From assembly GCA_963749915.1 (NCBI GenBank), contig CAVVOP010000005.1, positions 352,001 to 416,000 of the forward strand: a stretch of 64,000 bases of DNA, written 5' to 3'. Position numbers and translations under genes: made by a program. This DNA is from an uncultured cyanobacterium (GTDB lineage: Bacteria > Cyanobacteriota > Cyanobacteriia > Cyanobacteriales > Cyanobacteriaceae). The notes under the pieces are model-generated. The model made no database searches, was not told the DNA's origin, and worked only from the letters and a program-made list of their open reading frames with translations. Of the stretch, positions 42,837 through 53,027 are shown one piece after another (position 1 is the first letter of the stretch; every line of letters starts with the position of its first letter).

Positions 42837-43874
42837 ATGACAAATAATTCTATTTCCCCAATATTAAACCGTATTCCCAGTTCCGTTTCTTTGTGGGTGG
42901 CATTGATTATCGGTGCTGCTTCTAGCTCTGTGACTCGGAAAATCATCGAAATTGGTGAAAATCACCTAATTGATGGGAGAAATCCTATTTCTCTTTGTAA
43001 TGTTTTGTTTGTGGGTAATATTTTTGCCTTAGCAGTAATGCTACCAATTTTTTACCCACAATTAAACCCTAAAAGATTGCAACAGTTTACCCGCAAGGAT
43101 TGGATTAGTTTGATAATTATCGCTATTTTATCTGGTGCGATCGCCCCCGGATTGATTTTTGCTGCTCTCGATAATACTAACGTTACTAATGTGGTCTTAA
43201 TTGGTCGTCTCGAACCGCCAGTTACTCTGGCTTTGAGCATTTGGTTACTGCGATCGCCAGTCAATATTTGGACAATTGCTGGTTCTGTGATCTCTTTTGT
43301 GGGAGTAGGTATAACGGCATTCTTAGCAAGTTCGCAATCAACTATAACCATGATGGGTGGTTTAATTCATTTAGATAAAGGAGAATTACAAGTCGCGATC
43401 GCTGCTCTGTTATTAGCAGTAGCCACTGTTTTGAGTAAATTAAAATTGCAACAAATTCCTTTAGGATTTTTTAGTTTATTTCGCACCACAATTGGCACTA
43501 TAGTTTTTTTCCTTTTGGCTCACTATATCTATGGTTCGCAACATTTTGCTGAAGCCTTCTCCCCATTTCTTTGGGTATGGATGCTGATTTATGGGGCGAT
43601 TATCGTGGCTGCTGGTCAATTGTTCTCGTTTGCGGGTTTAAAAAACGCTTCAGTTGCCGAACTTACTCTAACTAACTCCATTCAACCCCTTGCGGCGATC
43701 GCCCTTGCTTATTTAATTCTGCAAGAAGTACCGACAGCGGCTCAATACTGGGGAGGTAGTATTATTTTAATCGGCATTATTTTAGGTGCGATCGGCAATC
43801 TGGGGCAAACTCAACCCTTTCGTCTTACTCCGGGTAAGTGTATGGAAATGATAACAGGGTTTAGAGGAATTTAA
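42837..43874 (+). CDS. EamA/DMT family transporter
   Basis: About 10 TM segments, two EamA-like halves. Confidence 0.85.
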   Translation: MTNNSISPILNRIPSSVSLWVALIIGAASSSVTRKIIEIGENHLIDGRNPISLCNVLFVGNIFALAVMLPIFYPQLNPKRLQQFTRKDWISLIIIAILSGAIAPGLIFAALDNTNVTNVVLIGRLEPPVTLALSIWLLRSPVNIWTIAGSVISFVGVGITAFLASSQSTITMMGGLIHLDKGELQVAIAALLLAVATVLSKLKLQQIPLGFFSLFRTTIGTIVFFLLAHYIYGSQHFAEAFSPFLWVWMLIYGAIIVAAGQLFSFAGLKNASVAELTLTNSIQPLAAIALAYLILQEVPTAAQYWGGSIILIGIILGAIGNLGQTQPFRLTPGKCMEMITGFRGI

Positions 43875-43899
43875 TAGGTGAACTGAACTACCCATTAAT

Positions 43900-44148
43900 C
43901 CAATCCAGCATTTGTAATATATTCTCTAGTTTCCGTTGACTTTTACGCAATTTAACTATAAGTAATACATATATTAATTATTTTTGGCGGGCAGCTTTGC
44001 TGTGCCTTTGGCATCGCATTATACAGATTTCGACACTGTTTATGTTTGTTTAATCTTGATTTCATTTTCTGATTGCTTTAGAAATATTTTATAAATAAGC
44101 TGTTTGGGTATTACTTTGCATAGTGCAAATTGACGTGCGGAATGTAGG
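43900..44148. mobile_element. Lone IS1634-type terminal remnant
   Basis: TGACGTGCGGAATGTAGG at 44131-44148, 1 mismatch to the IS1634 IR; left limit approximate. Confidence 0.7.
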
Positions 44149-44156
44149 ATAGTATA

Positions 44157-45170
44157 TTAAAAGTTCTTCAAGAGATTTTTAGTTTCCTCTATAGGATTTT
44201 CTGCTTCCATAATCGCCCTAACTACCGCTATTCTCCTTGCCCCTGCTTTAACCACATCCCGAATATTATTATTATCAATGCCGCCGATGGCAAACCAAGG
44301 AATTGTCGCATTAGCTTCGGCATAACGAACATATTCTAGTCCGGTGGCCTTTTTACCTGCTTTGGTCGGCGTTTCGTAAACAGGTCCGACTCCAATATAA
44401 TCAGCACCATCAGCGATGGCTTTTGCCATTTCTTGAGGATTAGTGGTTGATTTGCCGATGATTTTACCTGTGCCTAAAATTTGACGGGCCAAACCGATGG
44501 GGCAATCTGTTTGTCCTAAATGTACTCCATCGGCATTCACGGCCAGAGCAATATCAATACGATCATTAATGATTAACAAAGCATTGTGATTATTACATAA
44601 TTGTTTTAATTTATATGCCTCTTTAAGTTTAATTAAATCATCTTGATTTTTATGACGATATTGTACTAATTTCAAACCCCCTTTTAAGGCAGATTCTATC
44701 ACCGTGAAAAAATTATCCGTCGGAGAAGTTACTAAATATAATGAAGATTCGGCTAATAATTGAAAACGGGATTGTCCTAACAGTTTACTTTCAAAGGTAT
44801 AAACTTGATACCGCATTTGTTTCATGGCGGCAGCAAACTCAACATCATATAATTTAGCGTATTCTTCTAATACTCTTAAGGCTTCTTGTACTCTACACAA
44901 ATTGGCTTGTAATAAGTCCTGTAAATTTTCTCTTTCAGCTTCTTGAGGATGCGTTACATCTCTACCCACATCATGGGGGGTATCCCTAGCTGTGCGGAAT
45001 TCTGGGGAATGCCAACTAGCTAATTCTTGACGCATTTCTTTACAATTAGTCGCCGTTTCCTTATCGTTTAAGCCGAAGCGACACCATTCTTCCACTATTC
45101 TCAATCCTTCTCTGGCACGATCTAAATTAGCATCTAATATTCGATATATGGCGGTTTGTTGATTAATCAT
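44157..45170 (-). CDS. thiE: Thiamine-phosphate synthase (cyanobacterial form with N-terminal extension)
   Basis: RILDANLDRAREGLR, INDRID, GVHLGQ, FAIGGI. Confidence 0.96.
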   Translation of the reverse strand: MINQQTAIYRILDANLDRAREGLRIVEEWCRFGLNDKETATNCKEMRQELASWHSPEFRTARDTPHDVGRDVTHPQEAERENLQDLLQANLCRVQEALRVLEEYAKLYDVEFAAAMKQMRYQVYTFESKLLGQSRFQLLAESSLYLVTSPTDNFFTVIESALKGGLKLVQYRHKNQDDLIKLKEAYKLKQLCNNHNALLIINDRIDIALAVNADGVHLGQTDCPIGLARQILGTGKIIGKSTTNPQEMAKAIADGADYIGVGPVYETPTKAGKKATGLEYVRYAEANATIPWFAIGGIDNNNIRDVVKAGARRIAVVRAIMEAENPIEETKNLLKNF

Positions 45171-45304
45171 GAACTCACAAAAATCCAGCTAGAGTAGTAA
45201 ACTTATAGATTGAGATTAATCGAAAATGGATAATATTAAAAGGTAGTGGGATTTGTTTCCAGTATAAGCTCAAAATAATAATTAATTATAGAGAACTAAC
45301 GAAA

Positions 45305-45661
45305 ATGACACTATTAGTTTATGGTATCCCTAACTGTGGCACCTGTAAAAAAGCCCGAGAATGGTTAGACAAAAATCATGTTGATTATCAGTTTATTAAT
45401 ACGAAAGAAAATCCTCCGGAAAAAGAGGCGATCGCCAATTGGGTAAAATCCCTTGGGGTCAAGTCCATGGGCAATACTTCTGGTCTATCTTATCGTGCTT
45501 TAGGTGAAGGAAAAAATTCTTGGACGGAGGAACAATGGATCACTGCTTTTGCCAAAGATGCTATGTTGTTAAAAAGGCCTTTATTTATTAAAGATAATGA
45601 AGCGGTTTTAGTGGGATTTAGGGCCAATGAAACAATAAAAAAAGATAAATTATGCAACTAA
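45305..45661 (+). CDS. ArsC/Spx/MgsR family protein
   Basis: YGIPNCGTCKKA, LLKRP, VGF. Confidence 0.9.
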   Translation: MTLLVYGIPNCGTCKKAREWLDKNHVDYQFINTKENPPEKEAIANWVKSLGVKSMGNTSGLSYRALGEGKNSWTEEQWITAFAKDAMLLKRPLFIKDNEAVLVGFRANETIKKDKLCN

Positions 45662-45712
45662 TCCTAATTGTATATTTTAAATAGATGTTGAGAAGATTAC
45701 CCCCCCAAAACA

Positions 45713-47002
45713 ATGGATAATTCAAGCCTTGAGCAATGTTATAAAATACTCTATCTTACTTCAGACGCAACATTAGAAGATGTTGAGCAAAGTTATTATA
45801 AACTTATCGGAAAAAAATTAAAAACGGGTAATAAACAAGATTTAGCTGATCTAAAATACGCTCATTCTCAACTTACGGAATATTATAAAAATCAACAAGA
45901 AAATAAAGCAAAAATAGAAAAGAAACAATATGAAACTTATTTGACTAGAACTATTAATCGCAAGTTAAAGAATTTTGGTATTGGGATAAAAGTGGAATCT
46001 TATGTTGATCATTTAGAAATCCGTCTTAATAATATTAAATCAGCAAAAAAACAGGTAATAACTAAATTAATTTATGATAATCTTGGGCAGATTTTAAAAG
46101 ATACAGAAACTTCTGTAATAATATTAAGTCTTGATCATAAAAATAACTTGATTTGGCAAGAAGAAATCAAAATTTGCACAGGAATTTATGCCCATAAAGT
46201 TGAAAAATATAATACCGCTATTCATTTAGCACAAGCAGAAGTTGTTACTAATACTTATGCTTTTCCTATCGCTTTTTTAATTGCTTTTGCCATTAATTTT
46301 ATCGATCCTCTAGTATGGTTTATTAGTATGTGGGTTCACGAATTTGGTCATTCAACCATTGCCTGGTTGTCCGGTTATCGTGCTATGGTAACATTTTCCG
46401 GAACAATTATTGCCCCTACTCGTTCATTGTTTGTGTATTTTGGAATTTTAATTCTACTTTCTTTAACATTCTATGGTGGTTGGAAAGAACAGAAGAAAAG
46501 TACCATGTTTATATGCTTTATTTTCGCAATCATCCAATTTATTTTGACATGGAATACTTCTTATTCTACCTATCAAATGTTATTATATTTTGGAGGTATT
46601 GGCGGAGAATTTTATTTAAGTACCTTATTAATTATTGCTTTTTATTGGCGTTTACCAGATAAATTTTATTGGGAATTTTGGCGTTTTTTTGCCTTAATAA
46701 TAGGTGCGATCACTTTTTGGGGTAGTTTTACGAAATGGCATAGAATAAACCTAGGAAAAGATCAAATTCCTTGGGGGACTTTTTGGGGAGGGAGAGGAGA
46801 TTCTGGCGGTGATTTGAACATTTTAAATACCGATGTGGGTTGGAGTGTTAACCGAATTATTGATACTTATAATACTTTAGGTTTTATTTGTTTGTTAATT
46901 ATTATCGGGACTTATTTTTATTATTTGTGGAAAAGTAATCCTATTTTTGGTTTAAACTTTAATCGATATTTTTCGACAAATAAATCTAGACCTCAGCGCT
47001 GA
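45713..47002 (+). CDS. J-like domain + M50-like membrane metallopeptidase
   Basis: CYKIL...ATLEDVEQSY N-terminus; HEFGH; multiple TM segments; GGD. Confidence 0.65.
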   Translation: MDNSSLEQCYKILYLTSDATLEDVEQSYYKLIGKKLKTGNKQDLADLKYAHSQLTEYYKNQQENKAKIEKKQYETYLTRTINRKLKNFGIGIKVESYVDHLEIRLNNIKSAKKQVITKLIYDNLGQILKDTETSVIILSLDHKNNLIWQEEIKICTGIYAHKVEKYNTAIHLAQAEVVTNTYAFPIAFLIAFAINFIDPLVWFISMWVHEFGHSTIAWLSGYRAMVTFSGTIIAPTRSLFVYFGILILLSLTFYGGWKEQKKSTMFICFIFAIIQFILTWNTSYSTYQMLLYFGGIGGEFYLSTLLIIAFYWRLPDKFYWEFWRFFALIIGAITFWGSFTKWHRINLGKDQIPWGTFWGGRGDSGGDLNILNTDVGWSVNRIIDTYNTLGFICLLIIIGTYFYYLWKSNPIFGLNFNRYFSTNKSRPQR

Positions 47003-47284
47003 CGGCCCGACACATTTATTTCAAGTCCTTTAGGATAGGAGACAGGAGACAGAATTCAGGATTCAGGAGCTTTATACTTAAATAGTAGTTTTGAATCTCT
47101 ACACTATTGATATTCTTAAACACAAATCACGGGAATTGAATCTAGACAATTTAACAACAGTAATATCGGATTTGAGCAAATTTCTTAATCTATAACTATT
47201 AGAGCTGATTCCCTTATCCAATACTCAGGTTATATTAATAAATTGTAAAAAAGCAAGAAATTCTTCCATCATACATATGGAGTA

Positions 47285-48001
47285 TTATTGAGCCCCTTTA
47301 CAATGAAAAACAACTTTTATGGTTTCGAGGATTAAACTTAAGTCGTACCATACAGACCATTTCTTTTGATAGTCCAAATCTAAGGATACAATTTTTTCGA
47401 AATCATCTACTAAAGATCTACCGTTGACTTGCCATTCTCCAGTCATACCAGGTTTAACTCTTAAGCGTAACCAATGATATTTATCATAATGTTTAACTTC
47501 TTCATAGGTTGGGGGACGAGTTCCCACTAAACTCATATCACCCATTAACACATTCCAAAATTGAGGCAATTCATCTAGGCTAGTTTTTCGTAAAAACCTC
47601 CCTACCCTAGTAATACGGGGATCTTGGTCATTTTTAAATATATGACCTTTAGCTTGATTTTCGACTAAATGCTTTTTTTGGTCTGCATCAGAATACATAG
47701 AACGAAATTTCCAGATGCGAAAAGTTTTCCCTAGTAATCCGCAACGGGTTTGACGATAAAAAACAGGTCCCTCACTATCTAATTTTATAGCGATCGCCAC
47801 TGGGATAAAAAGACAACCAGTGATACATAAACCCACTATTGCACCGAGAATATCGATAAACCGCTTCATGAAACTATTGGCGGAAATATGTGCATGGGAA
47901 GAATTTTGATCGTAAGAACGAGAAGAGACAGAAGAAAAAAATATTTGCACCAGACTAGTGTTAGAGAAAAACATGGGATTATAGTTGTGGGTCGTATTCA
48001 A
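47285..48001 (-). CDS. Bacterial sugar transferase (polyprenyl-phosphate phosphoglycosyltransferase)
   Basis: KRFIDI, KFRSM, DPRITRVGRFLRKTSLDELPQ, GDMSLVGTRP; start uncertain. Confidence 0.93.
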   Translation of the reverse strand: MNTTHNYNPMFFSNTSLVQIFFSSVSSRSYDQNSSHAHISANSFMKRFIDILGAIVGLCITGCLFIPVAIAIKLDSEGPVFYRQTRCGLLGKTFRIWKFRSMYSDADQKKHLVENQAKGHIFKNDQDPRITRVGRFLRKTSLDELPQFWNVLMGDMSLVGTRPPTYEEVKHYDKYHWLRLRVKPGMTGEWQVNGRSLVDDFEKIVSLDLDYQKKWSVWYDLSLILETIKVVFHCKGAQ

Positions 48002-48529
48002 TTAGTAAATAAATTTGGCTATATTTGAGAGTAGTTATGACTAAATAATAGAAAATAATGTTCCCTATTATCCCTTTGGGTTCATGATTTATCATTACCA
48101 GTTTAATGGGACCATCAATAAATTTATGATTCCAATATTGGTTCTAAATTTAATATACCCTTTTTGATATCTAAATATGTCGTCATTGTATCTAAATTTA
48201 TAAAAATTATCCACAAATTTTATAAATCAGTGAAATCAACATTATCAAGACTACAACGCCTTTATAATAGACCATTTTAAGTATTTATTCGGTATAAACA
48301 TTTACTGATAGTTGAAACACTTAAGTAAAGATTTAATATGGGGGAAGTAGTTATTTTTTAAAGTGAAATGAACGATCTTGTGGTGAAAATAAGTTTTAAG
48401 TTAACTTTATATTAAGAAAGTTTTTTGATATTTATAAAAATAAATGAAACCATCACAAAAACGCCAAAAAACACCCCCTAAATTAAATTAATAGAGAATG
48501 TTTTTTAGTTATTATTCAAGTTATTAAAC

Positions 48530-49600
48530 TTAACCGTTGATTACAGGAGCAGATACAGGTTCTGCACTAGCTAAATCTAAGGGGAAGTTGTGAGCATTAC
48601 GTTCGTGCATGACTTCGATTCCGATGTTGGCACGGTTTAATACGTCTGCCCAAGTTCCAATTACATGACCTTGACTATCTAAGATAGACTGGTTGAAGTT
48701 GAATCCATTTAAGTTGAATGCCATGGTACTTACACCCATTGCGGTGAACCAAATACCAATTACAGGCCATGCACCTAAGAAGAAGTGTAACGCCCGGCTG
48801 TTGTTAAAGGAAGCATATTGGAAGATTAAACGACCAAAGTATCCATGAGCTGCAACGATGTTGTAGGTTTCTTCTTCTTGACCGAATTTGTAACCGTAGT
48901 TTAAAGATTCAGTTTCCGTGGTTTCACGCACTAAAGAAGAGGTTACTAAAGAACCGTGCATTGCTGAGAATAAAGAGCCACCAAACACACCGGCTACTCC
49001 TAACATATGGAAGGGGTGCATCAAGATGTTATGTTCTGCTTGGAACACAAACATGAAGTTGAAAGTTCCGCTAATTCCTAAAGGCATACCATCAGAGAAA
49101 GAACCTTGACCGATGGGGTAGATTAAGAATACAGCAGTTGCGGCAGATACGGGTGCACTATAGGCAACACAGATCCAAGGACGCATTCCTAAGCGGAAGG
49201 ATAATTCCCACTGACGACCCATATAGCAGAAGATACCAATTAAGAAATGGAATACTACTAATTGGTAAGGACCACCGTTATATAACCACTCATCTAAGGA
49301 AGCTGCTTCCCAAATGGGGTAGAAGTGTAAACCAATAGCGTTAGAAGAAGGAACAACGGCACCAGAGATGATGTTGTTTCCGTATAATAAGGAACCGGCT
49401 ACAGGCTCACGAATACCGTCAATGTCAACGGGAGGAGCTGCGATAAAAGCGATGATGAAACAAGTGGTGGCAGTTAACAGAGTAGGGATCATCAAAGTAC
49501 CGAACCAGCCTACGTATAAGCGGTTGTTGGTAGAAGTGATCCACTGGCAAAACTGTTCCCATGCAGAAGACTGCTGTTGTTGCTGTAAAGTGGTAGTCAT
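48530..49600 (-). CDS. psbA: Photosystem II D1 protein (Gln130, D1:1-type)
   Basis: Full D1 sequence with Tyr161, Asp170, Glu189, His332, Glu333, Asp342, Ala344. Confidence 0.99.
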   Translation of the reverse strand: MTTTLQQQQQSSAWEQFCQWITSTNNRLYVGWFGTLMIPTLLTATTCFIIAFIAAPPVDIDGIREPVAGSLLYGNNIISGAVVPSSNAIGLHFYPIWEAASLDEWLYNGGPYQLVVFHFLIGIFCYMGRQWELSFRLGMRPWICVAYSAPVSAATAVFLIYPIGQGSFSDGMPLGISGTFNFMFVFQAEHNILMHPFHMLGVAGVFGGSLFSAMHGSLVTSSLVRETTETESLNYGYKFGQEEETYNIVAAHGYFGRLIFQYASFNNSRALHFFLGAWPVIGIWFTAMGVSTMAFNLNGFNFNQSILDSQGHVIGTWADVLNRANIGIEVMHERNAHNFPLDLASAEPVSAPVING

Positions 49601-49674
49601 ATTTTTATAATTGCAATTAAATTCCCGAGGTACAAGCTTTTGCGGTTAAAAGCAAAAGTGTTATCTTTCTATGA

Positions 49675-49712
49675 TGATTTTATTATTACTAATTTATTAA
49701 GAATTGTAAAGA
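49675..49712 (-). promoter_or_regulatory. Possible psbA promoter / HLR1-like (RpaB) site
   Basis: Minus strand TTTACAAT-TC-TTAATAAA followed by AT-rich -10-like hexamers. Confidence 0.35.
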
Positions 49713-49796
49713 ATTTTAGGATGAGTTTAATTTATCACGGTGATTAATTTTTCCTATCTATCAAGGGGCGTTAGTGAGAAGTAAAATACTTGATGA

Positions 49797-49809
49797 ACGT
49801 GAGTTCGAT
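49797..49809 (+). mobile_element. Isolated IS982-like terminal sequence
   Basis: ACGTGAGTTCGAT, 1 mismatch to the IR at 19453. Confidence 0.45.
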
Positions 49810-50037
49810 GGAATTAAAAAATAGCAGGAGGTAGTGCAGGTAAGTCTTTCGGTTGTAAATCAAGACTGGGTTTTTGAGGCAAATAAGTATTAAGCAATCA
49901 ATTTTCCAGGCAGGGGTTTTGACGATTTTCTCAAATCTTCATGAATAATGGCGGCCAAATTGATTTCTTGCTACTTGGGTCTGTTTACTTTATGATTGGC
50001 TAGTAATTTATCAGATATTCGACAAGTATTGAATTAA

Positions 50038-50406
50038 ATGGACAATAACAGTTTCAATATTTTTCTAATTCTCACCAGTATTATCTGTTCATCAACGGCT
50101 CAAATAATGTTAAAAGTTGGTACGAACCGAATTGGTAACGAAATTAGTAATGTTTTCGACTTTTTGCTGAAAGCCGCTTCTACTCCCCAAGTTATTGCGG
50201 GGGTTTCTCTTCATGTGGGGGCTTTACTTTTCTGGCTGTTGGCGTTAAGACGTGTAGATGTCAGTTATGCTTATCCTTTTATTTCTTTGGGATTTGTGTT
50301 TGTTTTATTTATGTCAGCTATTTGGTTGCGAGAGTCTATTAACTTAGAGCGAATTATTGGGGTTATTTTTATCCTAATGGGCATTGTCTATGTTGCCCGT
50401 AGTTAA
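50038..50406 (+). CDS. Small 4-TM SMR/EamA (ArnE/ArnF-like) putative polyprenyl-P-sugar flippase
   Basis: AQIMLK, WLLALRRVDVSYAYP, LRESI. Confidence 0.8.
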   Translation: MDNNSFNIFLILTSIICSSTAQIMLKVGTNRIGNEISNVFDFLLKAASTPQVIAGVSLHVGALLFWLLALRRVDVSYAYPFISLGFVFVLFMSAIWLRESINLERIIGVIFILMGIVYVARS

Positions 50407-50463
50407 AAAATTGTTGTAGTATTATTGTCATCATATTTTTTTATAACCAAATAGTTTTTTAAC

Positions 50464-51600
50464 ATGACAAATTCTATTCAATATGAAGTGGTGGTAATTG
50501 GAGGAGGTTTTTTTGGTTGTCAATTATCTCTATATCTCAAAAAATACCTGAAATCGGTTTTAATTTTGGAAAAGGAGTCTGATTTATTACAACGTGCCTC
50601 TTATAATAATCAAGCTAGAGTACACAACGGCTATCATTATCCCAGAAGTATTTTAACCGCCCTGCGTTCTCGAATTAGTTTTCCCGGATTTATCGAGGAA
50701 TATCGGGAGTGCATCAAGAGCGATTTCGAGAAATACTATGCTGTGGGAAAAATGTTTTCCAAGGTTAATGCTAATCAGTTTAAAACATTTTGCGATCGCA
50801 TTGGTTCTCCCCTTGAAATAGCATCCCCCGCTGTTAAAAAACTGTTTCAAAGTCACTTAATTGAGGAGGTGTTTCTTACCAAAGAATATGCTTTTGATGC
50901 CGTCAAACTCAAAGAAAGAATGTGTGAAGAGCTGGAGAAAGAAAAAATAGAGGTACAATTAAACGCAGAAGTTTTTAACCTCAAAAATTTTAGGGATAAA
51001 GGACTAATTGAAGTTAATTTTTATACTCGATTAAAAGATAATAAAGACGGAAAACCTGGACAAGTAACGGCTCAATATGTCTTTAATTGTACCTATTCAG
51101 GACTAAATAATATTCTTTCAGCATCTGATTTACCAACTATTCCCTTAAAACATGAATTGGCGGAAATGGCATTAATTGAAGTGCCAGAACCTCTAAAAAA
51201 TATGGGGATTACCGTTATGTGTGGTCCTTTTTTTTCTCTGATGCCTTTTCCAGCCCGAAATTTACACACACTCTCCCATGTTCGATATACTCCTCACTGT
51301 TATTGGCAAGATACCGAAAAGTCTGTCCATAATACTGATAATATTTTCGATCGCGCAGTGAGAAAAAGCAATTATCCCTACATGATTAAAGATGTTATTC
51401 GCTATTTACCCATGCTCAAAGATTCTCAATATATAGATTCACTTTGGGAAGTCAAGACAGTTTTACCTCAAAGTGAAGTGGATGACAGCAGACCAATTTT
51501 ATTCAAGAAAAATCAAGGCTTAGCTAATTTGACTTGTATTTTAGGAGGAAAAATTGATAATGTTTACGATATTCCAGCCCAACTCGATTTTTTAATCTAG
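50464..51600 (+). CDS. FAD-dependent oxidoreductase (DAO/LhgO-like)
   Basis: IGGGFFG, ASYNNQARVHNGYHYPRS, GGKI. Confidence 0.85.
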   Translation: MTNSIQYEVVVIGGGFFGCQLSLYLKKYLKSVLILEKESDLLQRASYNNQARVHNGYHYPRSILTALRSRISFPGFIEEYRECIKSDFEKYYAVGKMFSKVNANQFKTFCDRIGSPLEIASPAVKKLFQSHLIEEVFLTKEYAFDAVKLKERMCEELEKEKIEVQLNAEVFNLKNFRDKGLIEVNFYTRLKDNKDGKPGQVTAQYVFNCTYSGLNNILSASDLPTIPLKHELAEMALIEVPEPLKNMGITVMCGPFFSLMPFPARNLHTLSHVRYTPHCYWQDTEKSVHNTDNIFDRAVRKSNYPYMIKDVIRYLPMLKDSQYIDSLWEVKTVLPQSEVDDSRPILFKKNQGLANLTCILGGKIDNVYDIPAQLDFLI

Positions 51601-51646
51601 GATGGTTTTTCGACTAAATATGATGATATTTTAAACAAAAAACTTT

Positions 51647-52645
51647 ATGGCAACCTCTGAATGTTTTGTTTCCGTAATTACGCCACTTCATAACGATAGT
51701 AAGATAGTCGAGTCTTTTGTCGCCGAAGTTATACCCATATTGCGAGATAATTACACTAATTATGAACTGGTTCTCGTTAATGATGGCTCAGAAGATGACA
51801 TTGTTGCCAGAGTAAACTTACTGTTAAAAGAATATGAGTGTATTAGATTTATTAGTCTTTCCAAGCACTTCGGCACAGAAATCGCTATTTCTTCAGGTTT
51901 AGACTCAGTAATAGGAGATTTTGTGGTAGTAATGCTTCCAGAATCAGATCCGCCCCAACTTATTCCTAAACTGGTAGAACAATGTCGAAATGGGACAGAT
52001 ATACTAGTGGGAGTGCGTAAACATCGTCTTGGCGAACCTTTATGGATGATAATTGGGGCTAATATATTTTATTGGATTTGTACAAAGTTTTTAAAAATCT
52101 CCTTAACAAAAAATGCCACTGAATTTCGAGTACTGAGCAGACAAGCAGTTAATGCCTTACTCCAAGTTGAAGATAAATACCGTTACTTACGACTACTTAG
52201 TGTTTATATAGGCTACAGAAACGAAACTTTTATCTATGAACCAATCAGGAGATATAGAAGAACAAAAACAAGGGGATTACTGGAGTCTGTTAACCTTGGT
52301 TTAAGACTTATTTTTCTCAATTCCGCTCACCCTCTCCGATTTGCCAGTTATTTAAGTCTCGGTGCTAGTCTTTTCAATCTTTTATATATGGGCTATATTA
52401 CGGCTATTTATTTATTCAAAGAAAAAGTTGTGGAGGGTTGGGTAACATTATCTGTTCAAAATAGTGTAATGTTTTTTTTCATCTCGATCATTTTAGCTAT
52501 CTTGTGTGAATATATTGGCTTGATGTTTTCTAAATCTAGGGGATGGGCGGCTTATTATATTGCAGAGGAAAAAACTAGTTCCGTATTGATTGCGAAGGAA
52601 GAAAGACCTAATATAGTACAAGAATCTGAGGATATAACACTCTAA
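51647..52645 (+). CDS. GtrB/ArnC-like GT2 with two C-terminal TM helices, DXD motif absent
   Basis: VNDGSED, HFGTEIA, MLPESDPP in place of MDADLQDPP, EFRVLSR, GWVTL, EYIG. Confidence 0.85.
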   Translation: MATSECFVSVITPLHNDSKIVESFVAEVIPILRDNYTNYELVLVNDGSEDDIVARVNLLLKEYECIRFISLSKHFGTEIAISSGLDSVIGDFVVVMLPESDPPQLIPKLVEQCRNGTDILVGVRKHRLGEPLWMIIGANIFYWICTKFLKISLTKNATEFRVLSRQAVNALLQVEDKYRYLRLLSVYIGYRNETFIYEPIRRYRRTKTRGLLESVNLGLRLIFLNSAHPLRFASYLSLGASLFNLLYMGYITAIYLFKEKVVEGWVTLSVQNSVMFFFISIILAILCEYIGLMFSKSRGWAAYYIAEEKTSSVLIAKEERPNIVQESEDITL

Positions 52646-52688
52646 AATAAAGCTAAAATAATAACATTTAAAATATTAGTTAAAATCT

Positions 52689-52955
52689 ATGAATTTTCAT
52701 ACAATAATACTCAGAAAAAATCAAAAATATTGGGTTTCACTTTGTTTGGAAAATGGATTAGTCGGACAAGGAAAAACTCAACAACAAGCTATTGATAAAC
52801 TTCTAGAGGCGATCGCTTCTTTTGAGTCCGTTTATCAGTCGGAAAATAATGTCTATTCAGAACCTATTGCAATTCAAGAATTACATGAATTTTTGACCAT
52901 AGAAGAATAAGAAGAAAAGACAAATGTATATGAATTAAGAAAAGTATATGCCTAA
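52689..52955 (+). pseudogene. HicB-like antitoxin with premature stop
   Basis: VGQGKTQQQAI; frame continues past TAA (52908-52910) as EEKTNVYELRKVYA. Confidence 0.65.
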
Positions 52956-53001
52956 AAATATACCGTCTTTAAAACCTAAGGAGCTGATAAAATTTTTATA
53001 A
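52948..53001 (+). pseudogene. Truncated HicA-like toxin N-terminus
   Basis: MPKNIPSLKPKELIKFL*, overlapping the HicB end. Confidence 0.6.
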
Positions 53002-53027
53002 AATAACTTAAATAAAAGGATAAAAAT

